Below are positions 20,381 through 30,242 of a DNA stretch of 64,000 nt, one piece after another. Position 1 is the first letter of the stretch. Each line of letters begins with the position of its first letter. Below the pieces are notes generated by a model, which was not told the DNA's origin, did no database searches, and was given only the letters and a program-made list of their open reading frames with translations. The stretch spans positions 1 through 64,000 of the IMG/VR virus record IMGVR_UViG_3300049846_001037. The stretch is one strand, 5' to 3'. A program made the position numbers and the translations under genes.

Positions 20381-21031
20381 TTAGGCCAACGTTACGTTGT
20401 CTAGCCTATCTCCCTTGTATGTGATTTGACTTAAATCTATGTTATATACTCCATATTGTCTGAAACCAAAATATCCAGCTCCATAGGTATATCCTGGTGT
20501 GGCTTCATCTGTTGCCGTGTAGTCACAGCTATCGACCAGAACATCGTCGATATACACTGTTAGGATAGAGCCTTCAAACAAAAGACGAACCTTACATGGA
20601 AACGAGATTGTGTGACTGACTGATTTGACTGACAAAGAAAACAAATACGGATACATCTTATACCATGTCACGGAATCTCCAGCAGCACTTATCACAACCT
20701 CGTAGCCGCCACCGGTAGTGATAGCTGCGCTTGTTGGGTCTTGTGATCTTAGAAAAATATCTAGAGTTTGTTGTCCATCGTAAATCTGGGCGTTGCTGAC
20801 GTGTAGTGTCACATCATAATGGTAGTCTGTTCTTGGAACGTAAAAGAAGGCCCATGGATCGGGTGAGGGAGTGTGTCCCTGCATTCTAAGAACATTGCTT
20901 GTTCCAGATACGAACTCACCGTTGGGTACCTCAGGAGCAACCGAGATATTGTATTGCCCAAGGCTTGTTCCTGAGTAGTTGGCCTCTGGAAGTCCACTGT
21001 AGTTGACGTTGACCAGCGTTGAGTAGCCCAT
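20381..21031 (-). CDS. Putative ConA-like/lectin-fold virion protein
   Basis: Paralog of 21232-21855 (MGYSTL.N.N.SGL, P.PDPW, L.VY...V.VD..DY, G.G.[FW]G); beta-sandwich pattern. Confidence 0.5.
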   Translation of the reverse strand: MGYSTLVNVNYSGLPEANYSGTSLGQYNISVAPEVPNGEFVSGTSNVLRMQGHTPSPDPWAFFYVPRTDYHYDVTLHVSNAQIYDGQQTLDIFLRSQDPTSAAITTGGGYEVVISAAGDSVTWYKMYPYLFSLSVKSVSHTISFPCKVRLLFEGSILTVYIDDVLVDSCDYTATDEATPGYTYGAGYFGFRQYGVYNIDLSQITYKGDRLDNVTLA

Positions 21032-21222
21032 TAGTTTTGCAAAAACTCCTCTTCTGTTATGGACGTGCCATTAAGAAGAACTTCTCCCTGTAGCGTCTTT
21101 ACTTTACATGTTTGTCCGTTAATATCGTATGACTTTGCCTCATAGTTGGTACCCAGAGGCACATCTGGTCTATATCCAAATGGAGCGTTTTCTACGATAG
21201 GAACGAGTTTGTAGTATCCCAT
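21031..21222 (-). CDS. Small protein, possible XkdX-like fibre accessory
   Basis: 63 aa, GAGGA RBS, C-terminal ITEEEF. Confidence 0.4.
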   Translation of the reverse strand: MGYYKLVPIVENAPFGYRPDVPLGTNYEAKSYDINGQTCKVKTLQGEVLLNGTSITEEEFLQN

Positions 21223-21231
21223 GATATCCTC

Positions 21232-21855
21232 TTAGAAAGCGTTGTCACGCCTGTCTGCTTTGATTGTGTAGGCATTGAACGACTGGGTGAATGGACCATA
21301 GTTCAACAAACCCCACTTGCCAGTTCCATTGACCGTATAACCAACACTGTAGTCATAGTTGTCAACAAATACATTGTTTAGATACACACTCAGAACATCA
21401 TCAACCAAAGTAATTCTCCATTTTCCTGAGTTTGGAACCGTGTAGGTTATTTGTTTTCTGGTCCCGTAGGTATCTCCCCATGTGATGAGGTTGTTGCCGC
21501 CCTGATTTGATGCAGTAATAGAGTAAGCCACAGATGGAAATGTAACAATGTCGTTGGCCCACGTTGCTCTCAAATACAAAACAAGTCCTGCTGATCCGTC
21601 GTAAAATGGATATTGACTCATATCTAATGTGAGATCAAAATGGCTCGATTCAAGTACGGACCTCATGGTGCCCCACGGATCTGGAGCTGGACTACCATTA
21701 AACCACTCCAACTTATTGTTGTTTGTCTGGATTGTGTTGTTTACGACCTGCCCAGCTTGCGAGCTCAAAATATACTGATTGAAGCTGGTTCCAGAATAAC
21801 TAACACCCGCTTGCAGTCCACTAAAATTCGTGTTGATGAGGGTTGAGTATCCCAT
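21232..21855 (-). CDS. Putative ConA-like/lectin-fold virion protein
   Basis: Paralog of 20381-21031; follows the YadA-like fibre. Confidence 0.5.
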   Translation of the reverse strand: MGYSTLINTNFSGLQAGVSYSGTSFNQYILSSQAGQVVNNTIQTNNNKLEWFNGSPAPDPWGTMRSVLESSHFDLTLDMSQYPFYDGSAGLVLYLRATWANDIVTFPSVAYSITASNQGGNNLITWGDTYGTRKQITYTVPNSGKWRITLVDDVLSVYLNNVFVDNYDYSVGYTVNGTGKWGLLNYGPFTQSFNAYTIKADRRDNAF

Positions 21856-21856
21856 T

Positions 21857-24800
21857 TTAGTATTGGTAGTTAGCTATGATAATGCTTCCAGATGCAGGAG
21901 CCGAAACCGTATTGATGGTCGATCCAGACAACCAGAAGTCAAATGATGGAGCGCCAATTCCAGATGGAGCCTGATACAATCCATTGATGTAGAGCTGAAT
22001 GCTCCATGCATCGTAAGGAGCATTGCCCAATGAGAAGACTGTGTTGCTGTTGTTAATAGCACCGGCAGGAATCTCATTCCATACAATACTTCTTGTTGCG
22101 TTTCCATTGATAGTTTGAACCTGTATGTTGGCATATGGTTTTGCAATAGTTCCAAGATCATCAGTGCCTGAGGCAGTTGGAACAAAGTCTCCCTGCGTGG
22201 CAATCGTTCCAGACCCAGCCAGAATGCTAATCTTCTTTCCACCAGCGCCAGAAGTTCCAGAAATGGTAATGTTGCCAGCGACAGATGCCTTGAGGATGAT
22301 GTCACCAGTTCCACCCTGACCACCATCCAAGATGATGCCGCCACTGCCTACTCCAGAGACAACGAGCAATTCCGAACCACCAAAGTCCATGATGCCTTGG
22401 TTGGTGTAGAAGTTTACGCTACTGCCGCTTATTCCTACTCTCTTACCATTGGTATAGCCATTAAGGTTGATTCCCTGACCCTGTGCTGTTAGATTGATTC
22501 CACCGCCACCGCTCAAGATATTGACGCTCTGGCCTCCACCTTGAATGGTAATTGGACCAGATCCACCATTGATACCGATATTTCCAGCGCCACCTTGCAA
22601 TGTTATATTGCCAGCCGAGCCATTGATGGTTGCGCCAGATGATGGGTTGATAACAATTGATTGTCCAGCCTGAGCAGAACCAATATAGAACGTCGGAGAA
22701 TCAGCAACAATGTCTGTTCCGCTCGTATAGAAGACATCCCCACGGAATCTTAGATAGAGTCTGTCATCAACCGTTCCAGTATATAGGCTTTCCTGCTGTC
22801 CGTCCGTTAGGATCATTGTTCCCGACCCCTCAGCGACAGCATAGCTACCTATGACACGGGAGTAGATTCCGGTAGCTGTGTTGTTTCGACCCAAAGCAAT
22901 CGTATTTGTGCCAGACAACGTGTTATACATGCCAGCAGCAAACGACTGTGAAGCATCGTTGTAGGCAGTATTCAACAGACCAAACACAGCCGTCATAGTG
23001 CCAGAGTTTGCGTTTGTGTTACCTGCTGTTAGCGAAGCATAGGCATCAGCAAAGTTGCTGCCACCAAAGACAACGGCAGTGGCACCATTGGTTCCTATCT
23101 TGTTTGAGTCACCAAATGCAACGGTAGCATAAGCCTCGACACGATTGCCTTGACCACCAACCATAGCATAGCTAGAGTTTGATGTGGTTGTGTTGCTGCC
23201 ACCAACAACAGTTCCAAAGTTGCCAAAGTTGTGGTTATTATTACCTACCGTCAAGCTGAATACGGATGTTGTTTCGTTGTTGGAACCAGCCATCAAGGTA
23301 TATGGATTTCCAGTAGAAGCATTTTGGTATCCAAAGACTGCATGGAAAGACGTGCCACTTATGAGATTCTGGTAACCGGCTATAATTGACTGTCCACCAT
23401 TGTATATCTTGTTGTCGTTACCAAAGGCAGCGACAGCAATTGAAGAGCTATCAACAAAGTTGTATTGTCCGTAAATAATTGAGTTGTTGGAGTTGTTGGT
23501 TCCAGAGTTGTAAGTACCACCAATAAAGTTTCTTGATGCACTACCAGAAGCCATATTGCTGTCGCCAATCAACATTGAGTTGGATGAACCATCCAATATC
23601 TGATTGTTGTAGCCAGCAATTATGCTGTAATAGTTTGAATTGTCATTAATTAAGTTATATGCACCACCAACAATGTGATAATAACCACCAACGTAGTTGT
23701 TGTAACCACCAAGGAGGTGATATCCAGAGTTGCTGAAAATAACGTTTTGGTATCCGCCAACAATGCTGTAGTTATTGTTGCCGCTCAAATAGTTCTGACT
23801 ACCGCCAACAATGCTTTGATAGGCGCTAATGACTCGATTGGCGTTACCGACAACCAGATTGTCTCCACCATTCTCAACACTATTTAAAGTGCCAGCAACA
23901 ACCATCTGGTTGCCAGTTACAGCATTGCCATAACCAGCTACGAGGTTTTGGTTGTTGTTACCACTGACGCTGTTGTTGGATCCAAAGACAGCCGAGGAGT
24001 TTGCGTAGACAGAGTTCTGATCACCAGCAACAATAGACTGATAGCTGTTTGTTGTAAAGTTATTTGCTCCCAAAACGGTGGTGGAATCGCTAGAGACCAA
24101 CTTGTTTTGATATCCAGCGATGAGGTTTTGGTATCCACCGTTGATAGAGTTTGCATTTCCAAGCGCCGTGTTGTAGGATGCAAAAGAACTTACAAAGTTT
24201 CCATATCCAGCTAACAAAGAGTAATCGCTGCTGGTTGAGTTGTTGAATCCAAACAAGGCATTTTGGTTTCCAGTTGAAACCAAGTTAATACCAGCAGCAA
24301 TAGAGCCACCCTGGGCCGTGCCTAGATTATTTCCCTCACCAGCAATGATGTTGCCAGCAGAACCCATTGTATTACCATTGGAGGATGTTTCAACAATTAG
24401 CGAAGCACCAGAAATCCTGAGATTTCCGGTCATGGTGTCACCGCTTACGTGGACATAAGATCCACCCGTTCCACTGGTAACGATATTGTCAACATAGAGG
24501 GTTGTTCCTGAGTCTAGCCAGACGCCGCCTGCAAATCTCATCAATAGAGAGTTGGCGACATTGTTTGTTGAACTTGCTCCAGTATCACCGCCCTCAGCAA
24601 GAACCCAAGAGCCAGAGGCATTTGCTATTCCACTATAACCAATTGCTACCGAAGTGAATCCATTTGCTTCTGAATATCGGCCGCCAGCAAACGAATAGTC
24701 ACCAGAAGCAACCGTTGAAAGTCCTTGTGCGTGAGATCCACCTCCATATGTTTTTGTGGAAACACCCTCAGCGTGAGAGTTTCCGCCGAAGGATTGAGTG

Positions 24801-27022
24801 CTGTTACCTTCAGCGTGAGAATTGTCTGCAAAAGCCAGTGTAGATGCACCCTCTGAGTGTGAACCATATCCATTTGATACTGTTGAAACACCCTCTGCAT
24901 GAGAGGCTACCCCTGATGCTATTGTGCTAAAGCCCTCAGCATGGGACTCTTGTCCATAAGATACCGTGCTCCAACCCTCTGCGTGAGAATAATCACCTAA
25001 TGCAACAGAAGAAAGACCCTCAGCGTGTGAAACGTTTCCGCTGGCGAGCGTAGAAGCACCTTCAGCATGTGCTTCAAAACCATAAGCTACCGTGCTCCAA
25101 CCCTCTGAGTGAGAATAATCCCCAAGAGCCTTGGTATCATAACCCTCAGCATGAGAAGTTGTTCCAGATGCAACTGACAACTCACCCTCAGCGTGAGAGA
25201 TGTCTCCATATGTTTTTGTTTGGCTTCCCTCAACATGAGAGTAGTTTCCGTATGCTTCGGTCGTATCTCCTTCAGCATGGGAACCAAATGCATATGTTCT
25301 TGTTAGGCTTCCCTCTGCGTGAGAGGCATTTCCAGAAGCTATTGTTGTGCTTCCTTCCGAGTGAGATGCCTGTTCCCATGCCTTGGTACCAATACCTTCG
25401 GCGTGAGACACTTGTCCATGAGCCTGATTGCTGGCTCCCTGTGCGAAGCTCGACTGTCCTGATGCAATGTTGTTTGCACCAACAGCCATAGCCCATTGTC
25501 CTGAAACAGTGTGGGCCACGCCGACCGACATTGAATACTGTCCATCGGTTATGTTGCTTGCGCCAATTGATAGAGGGCCGGTCATGGTGTCGCCAGTGAT
25601 GTGGACGAACATGCCAGCACCCATGCCAGTTGAAACAACATTTTGTGCGTAGATGGTCGCCCAAGGCCTATCTGCCGTACCTAGAGTCTGCGTTCCGCTA
25701 TCCTCAGGCATCAAGTTCTTGCCAGTTTGGATGATGACACCAGAAGGGGCTCCGAGATACAGCATGTCCGCTTCTGTGCCAGTAACCATATGACCAACAA
25801 CCATCGTGCTAAGTCCGCTGACGGTGTTTCTAACACCGAAAGCTATACCACTTGCCTCATTGATGTTGTTGTATGCGCCAAAAGCAAAAATTCCAGTACC
25901 GTTAGTTATTGTGTTGTAAGCACCAAAGGCTATAGATGGATCATTGTAGTTGTTAGTTCCACTGACTACGTTTCCAAATCCCATTGATAAAGAGTTAAGA
26001 GCGTAGTTCTTGTTGTTAATACCAAACATTTGAACGTGCCACGCATGACCCTCATTGCCAGCACCAAAAACATAGGGGTAATTTAGTCCGGAAACCGTGT
26101 TTCCGAATCCCATCACACGTCCACCCTGCGTGTTATATACAATGTTATCGCTACCAAATGCGGTAGAATCAAATGCCTGCACTGTGTTATTTACACCAAA
26201 TGCAGCACCATTGAATGCTAGAACGTAATTGTCTTTACCAATAGCAATAGCTGGGAAAAGTGGATTTGAGCCACTGGCAAAATTATTGCGACCAATAGCA
26301 GTGGCATTTGAATCTGCTGCTTGGTTCAAGAAACCAACAGCCACAGCACCACTTCCATCAGCAAGATTCTGGTGTCCTACAGCAGTGGCTAGTAGATCCT
26401 CTGATGTGTTATTTGTTCCAAGGTTGATTGGACCCATGCTGATGATGGTACCAGAGTCCATAGTGAGATTGCCGTACATGCTGTCGCCGCCACGGAAAAC
26501 GAAATCTCCAGATGGCGAAGTTACGTTGAGGGCAAAAATCTTTCTGAATGGCTTGGCAGCAGTTCCGAGATCGTTGGCACCAGAAATGTCTGGGAAGAAG
26601 TCAACACCAGAAGCTAGAACAATGTCGCCTGTGATGGTATCGCCAGTGATGTGAACATAGGGTCCGTCAAACTGAACACCATTCAAGGAAAGGTTGTTTG
26701 TAAATACGGTATTGAATGGAGCAGATGGACTTCCGATGTTGTTGATACCAGAGCCAGCAGTCAAGACATTAGCACCAGTACCCATCGTGAGAGAGCCAGT
26801 CATGCTATCGCCAGAAGACCTTACGAATCCAGTGGATCCCTCTACGAACAAACCAGTGACATAAAGATTCTTGGCGTATGCAGAAAGGAATGGCGATGCT
26901 GCAGAACCAAGGTTGCTGGTTCCAGATGCCTCAGCCAAAAGATGGATACCCGATCCGAGAGTGATGTTCTCTCCGACTAGTGGCTTCTTGATATCGACAT
27001 TATTGATTCTAGTTTGACTCAT
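21857..27022 (-). CDS. Tail fibre with YadA/trimeric autotransporter head-like beta-roll repeats
   Basis: 1721 aa; A.A.G..N repeats, about 17 SHAEG 14-aa repeats, G..N ~15-aa repeats, and a C-terminal NEIP.G..N..N..F adaptor-like domain. Confidence 0.75.
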   Translation of the reverse strand: MSQTRINNVDIKKPLVGENITLGSGIHLLAEASGTSNLGSAASPFLSAYAKNLYVTGLFVEGSTGFVRSSGDSMTGSLTMGTGANVLTAGSGINNIGSPSAPFNTVFTNNLSLNGVQFDGPYVHITGDTITGDIVLASGVDFFPDISGANDLGTAAKPFRKIFALNVTSPSGDFVFRGGDSMYGNLTMDSGTIISMGPINLGTNNTSEDLLATAVGHQNLADGSGAVAVGFLNQAADSNATAIGRNNFASGSNPLFPAIAIGKDNYVLAFNGAAFGVNNTVQAFDSTAFGSDNIVYNTQGGRVMGFGNTVSGLNYPYVFGAGNEGHAWHVQMFGINNKNYALNSLSMGFGNVVSGTNNYNDPSIAFGAYNTITNGTGIFAFGAYNNINEASGIAFGVRNTVSGLSTMVVGHMVTGTEADMLYLGAPSGVIIQTGKNLMPEDSGTQTLGTADRPWATIYAQNVVSTGMGAGMFVHITGDTMTGPLSIGASNITDGQYSMSVGVAHTVSGQWAMAVGANNIASGQSSFAQGASNQAHGQVSHAEGIGTKAWEQASHSEGSTTIASGNASHAEGSLTRTYAFGSHAEGDTTEAYGNYSHVEGSQTKTYGDISHAEGELSVASGTTSHAEGYDTKALGDYSHSEGWSTVAYGFEAHAEGASTLASGNVSHAEGLSSVALGDYSHAEGWSTVSYGQESHAEGFSTIASGVASHAEGVSTVSNGYGSHSEGASTLAFADNSHAEGNSTQSFGGNSHAEGVSTKTYGGGSHAQGLSTVASGDYSFAGGRYSEANGFTSVAIGYSGIANASGSWVLAEGGDTGASSTNNVANSLLMRFAGGVWLDSGTTLYVDNIVTSGTGGSYVHVSGDTMTGNLRISGASLIVETSSNGNTMGSAGNIIAGEGNNLGTAQGGSIAAGINLVSTGNQNALFGFNNSTSSDYSLLAGYGNFVSSFASYNTALGNANSINGGYQNLIAGYQNKLVSSDSTTVLGANNFTTNSYQSIVAGDQNSVYANSSAVFGSNNSVSGNNNQNLVAGYGNAVTGNQMVVAGTLNSVENGGDNLVVGNANRVISAYQSIVGGSQNYLSGNNNYSIVGGYQNVIFSNSGYHLLGGYNNYVGGYYHIVGGAYNLINDNSNYYSIIAGYNNQILDGSSNSMLIGDSNMASGSASRNFIGGTYNSGTNNSNNSIIYGQYNFVDSSSIAVAAFGNDNKIYNGGQSIIAGYQNLISGTSFHAVFGYQNASTGNPYTLMAGSNNETTSVFSLTVGNNNHNFGNFGTVVGGSNTTTSNSSYAMVGGQGNRVEAYATVAFGDSNKIGTNGATAVVFGGSNFADAYASLTAGNTNANSGTMTAVFGLLNTAYNDASQSFAAGMYNTLSGTNTIALGRNNTATGIYSRVIGSYAVAEGSGTMILTDGQQESLYTGTVDDRLYLRFRGDVFYTSGTDIVADSPTFYIGSAQAGQSIVINPSSGATINGSAGNITLQGGAGNIGINGGSGPITIQGGGQSVNILSGGGGINLTAQGQGINLNGYTNGKRVGISGSSVNFYTNQGIMDFGGSELLVVSGVGSGGIILDGGQGGTGDIILKASVAGNITISGTSGAGGKKISILAGSGTIATQGDFVPTASGTDDLGTIAKPYANIQVQTINGNATRSIVWNEIPAGAINNSNTVFSLGNAPYDAWSIQLYINGLYQAPSGIGAPSFDFWLSGSTINTVSAPASGSIIIANYQY
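24740..25410 (-). repeat. 14-aa SHAEG repeat array (42-nt period)
   Basis: About 17 copies counted in the translation; boundaries approximate. Confidence 0.85.
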
Positions 27023-27034
27023 AAATCATTCCTT

Positions 27035-30000
27035 TTAGAACGCAAGTCTTTCGTAGTCTATGAGAATATTGGTTCCAGTTGGTGGAGCCACTGTAAATGT
27101 GACCATGTTTCCTGAGGCCTCATAGTCAAATGAAGCACCAGGGGTCATCCTCAAACCGCCCCTGTAGACCCTTTGTGTTCCCGTAACCATTGGATAGGTG
27201 GTTGTAAATGTGTTGGTAATGCCATTAACAAACTCAGGCGGTATTTCATTGTAGACCTGATAGGTTGCTGGCTGTCCATTGATGTTCTTGAAGTAAGACC
27301 CGCTGAACGGCAATGCGGCTGTTCCAATGCTGTAGTTGCCAGAGGTAGCTGTGGTTATGTTTCCAGAAATTCTCACTCCGATAGTTGAGCTGTTTGTAAC
27401 CGTCAAACTGTTTCCAGCCGTTAGATTCTCCAACAACAAACCATTGGTATCTATTGAGAAGTGATTTCCAATACCTACAGAGCCATGATAAATATCAAAT
27501 ACGGCAAAAGAACCACCAGTGAATGAAACACTACTTGAATTTATGGTCTGCCTATAGCTTGATCCACCACCGCCAGTGAACGAGTAAAAGGTTATGTCTG
27601 GATCTAATGCGTCTGTTGCACCAATAGATATGTAGCCATAGTGAGGTGTTCCAGCACTGTAATAGTTTAGGGAGGTGCCAGTGTACTTGGCATCTACATT
27701 GGTATATGCACCAACACCGCTAGAGGCAGATATGACCAGTCCACTAAAGCTGTTTGTTCCAGATATGAATGCAGTTCTGAGAGCCGATGAAGAAAGTGTC
27801 AGGTCTCCCGTCATCGTATCGCCAGTTATGTGAACAAAGGCACCAGAGCCACCCACATATAAGTTGTCGGCATAAATGGCATTGAGTGGGCTGGATGGAG
27901 AACCAATATCTGAGGTTCCAGACTGGTTGAGCGTGATGCCCACACCACTCAAGAACGTCAAGTCGCCGCTCATGCTATCGCCAATCTTTAGAACAAAGCT
28001 ACCAGTTCCAGAGACACCTACGGGGACGATGTAGTTGGCATAGATGGCATCCCAAGGCTTTTCAATTGTGCCCAAGCTGTGAGTTCCGCTTGAGTCTGGA
28101 GTGATGTTGAAGTAAGACTCTGTTCCAGAGTTATTTAGAACGATGGTTGGAGCAGAGTTGACCAACAACTGCAATTCCGTGTTGGCATCAACAATGACAG
28201 GACCAGTCAAGCTTGTGATATTGACCTGTTGGGCTGAGTGGTAGATTTGGCTACCAGTCATCGTTATGATGCCCATGGCGCTGATGTCAAGAGTTCCAGT
28301 TGACAATAGTTCTGGTAGAGTCAAGGCTCCCGTCATCAAATCGCCAGTGACGTTTACGTACATGTCATCCAAGCCAGGTGAAACAATGCCCGTGGCAAAG
28401 ATCATTCCCATTGGATTAGATGGCGAGCCTATGTTGTTTACACCAGAACCAGAAGCGGTAATGCTTGAGCCCGTGCCAAGATTGAGGACACCAAGCATTG
28501 TGTCGCCAAACTTACTGATGAAGTTTCCAGTTGACTCTGCAGTTACAATGCTTGTTGCATAGATGGTTCCGAATGGGCTACCTGGGCTACCAATGTTGAT
28601 TGTGCCTGACGAGCTGTTTCCAAGTGATGAACCAGCCTCAAAAGTCATTGCTCCAGTTACGGATACATTGCCAAGTACGGCATCCTCAATGGTTACTCCA
28701 GAGCCAATGGCATTCATGTAGATGTTGTCGGCATAGACAGCTCTGTAGTGGAGCGTTGGAGATCCCAAGTCAATGGTTCCGCTTTCGGCTGGAAGAACAT
28801 CATCGTTTACATAGATGTTTGAAAGACCGATCTCCATCTTCTGAACGCCACTGGGGCTGATGGCAAAGCGAATGTTGTTTATTGCATTGACATTGAACTC
28901 GCCAGCATTGAAAGTCATGCCGCCAGATGGAACGAGCGAATTCAATGTTTCAACATTGATGTCTGAGCCAAAGCCCATCGTCAAGTCACCAAACATGGTG
29001 TCGCCAGAGAGTCTGACGAACATGCCTGAGGCTACAGCTCCCTCGATGTTATCAACATAGAGGTTTGCAAAGTGATTGCTTGATGATCCCAAATTGAACG
29101 TGCTCGGCGTGGCTGGTACGATGTCTGCATTGTTTGTGATAACAAAAGGACTTGCGCTAAGAACACCGTTGAGGTCAACGTTGTTTGACGTAACAGTAAG
29201 GATGTTGCTGTTTAGGTTGATGTCGGCAGCAGAGGTGATGGTTAGGTCGCTTGAGGCATTGTTGATGCTGTCAGTGCGAAGGCTGGCCCCTGTTGACATG
29301 ATAAGGTCGCCAGTCATTGTGTCGCCCGTGGTGCGGACGAATGGACCAGAAGTGATGCTTACTTCATCTGCCCAAACCTTTCTCCATCTGTTGGTGGTGG
29401 AGCCAAGATCGAAGGTGCTGCTGGCGCTTGGAACAGTGTGTCCTGCGACAACTACACCTGCGACATCTGAAATGATGCTGACGCCAGAGTTCTTGGCAAA
29501 GATGGTTACTGTGTTCAAGCCGCTTAGGGTAACGTTGTTGTTGCTGACGAGTTGGGCTGTAGAGTTACCGCTAACGATGATGCTTGCGCCAAGTCTAATG
29601 GAGTCATTGCCGTTGACTGAAACAATGTTGTTGGTGTGAACATTGTTTGAGTACATGTGGGCAAATGGAGCCGAGTTCGTGCCTATTTGGTTGGTTCCAG
29701 ATGATGCTGTCTGTAGGTTTCCACCAGAAAGAGTGATGGAGCCGTTTACAGTAGCGCCGGTGACAGGGACATAGTTTCCAGAGATGCCAAGACCGCTTAC
29801 AATGAAGTTTTCGATGCTTACAACTGAGGTCTGTAGGCTATTGAACCATTCGGCTACAATGTTGTCTCCAGCCGTTGTGAACGTAACATTCAGGGCATTA
29901 CCACCGTTGAAGGCGCTGAACATGACCGAGCCAGCTCCAGTTCCGCTATAGTTGACTTGGAATTGGTTTGGGCTGGGCAGTCCCGTTACTTCCGTAAAGC

Positions 30001-30184
30001 CAGGAATGATGATGTTGGACGGGTTGCTTAGCTGGGGAATATGAGATAGGGAAATCGTGTATGGGTTAGAGAGTGGTACGACATGAGCCTCGCCGCTGAT
30101 GATAACGCCAGCGTCGATTTTCGTGGAGTACACGTCGATTCCCGGAGGGAAGTTAAGGATTGCGCCTGATGGTTCGGATGCCAT
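27035..30184 (-). CDS. Proximal tail fibre, probably baseplate-anchored
   Basis: Directly after the baseplate wedge; N-terminal anchor-like AEWFNSLQTSVVSIE, many GD.M.G.L and S...D[LI]GS...[PW] motifs, C-terminal adaptor-like domain. Confidence 0.7.
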   Translation of the reverse strand: MASEPSGAILNFPPGIDVYSTKIDAGVIISGEAHVVPLSNPYTISLSHIPQLSNPSNIIIPGFTEVTGLPSPNQFQVNYSGTGAGSVMFSAFNGGNALNVTFTTAGDNIVAEWFNSLQTSVVSIENFIVSGLGISGNYVPVTGATVNGSITLSGGNLQTASSGTNQIGTNSAPFAHMYSNNVHTNNIVSVNGNDSIRLGASIIVSGNSTAQLVSNNNVTLSGLNTVTIFAKNSGVSIISDVAGVVVAGHTVPSASSTFDLGSTTNRWRKVWADEVSITSGPFVRTTGDTMTGDLIMSTGASLRTDSINNASSDLTITSAADINLNSNILTVTSNNVDLNGVLSASPFVITNNADIVPATPSTFNLGSSSNHFANLYVDNIEGAVASGMFVRLSGDTMFGDLTMGFGSDINVETLNSLVPSGGMTFNAGEFNVNAINNIRFAISPSGVQKMEIGLSNIYVNDDVLPAESGTIDLGSPTLHYRAVYADNIYMNAIGSGVTIEDAVLGNVSVTGAMTFEAGSSLGNSSSGTINIGSPGSPFGTIYATSIVTAESTGNFISKFGDTMLGVLNLGTGSSITASGSGVNNIGSPSNPMGMIFATGIVSPGLDDMYVNVTGDLMTGALTLPELLSTGTLDISAMGIITMTGSQIYHSAQQVNITSLTGPVIVDANTELQLLVNSAPTIVLNNSGTESYFNITPDSSGTHSLGTIEKPWDAIYANYIVPVGVSGTGSFVLKIGDSMSGDLTFLSGVGITLNQSGTSDIGSPSSPLNAIYADNLYVGGSGAFVHITGDTMTGDLTLSSSALRTAFISGTNSFSGLVISASSGVGAYTNVDAKYTGTSLNYYSAGTPHYGYISIGATDALDPDITFYSFTGGGGSSYRQTINSSSVSFTGGSFAVFDIYHGSVGIGNHFSIDTNGLLLENLTAGNSLTVTNSSTIGVRISGNITTATSGNYSIGTAALPFSGSYFKNINGQPATYQVYNEIPPEFVNGITNTFTTTYPMVTGTQRVYRGGLRMTPGASFDYEASGNMVTFTVAPPTGTNILIDYERLAF

Positions 30185-30212
30185 TTTTACCTCATTTTAT
30201 ATATCTTTTATG

Positions 30213-30229
30213 TAATACTTTTTTATAAA
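30213..30229 (-). promoter_or_regulatory. Putative phage late promoter (TTTATAA-AAAAG-TATTA)
   Basis: Motif copy at the head of the fibre cluster. Confidence 0.65.
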
Positions 30230-30242
30230 TTATGGGCTGCTT

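Noticed and set aside
20381-21855. Diversity-generating retroelement TR/VR pair
   Set aside because: The paralogs differ throughout, not only at adenines, and no reverse transcriptase is in the window.
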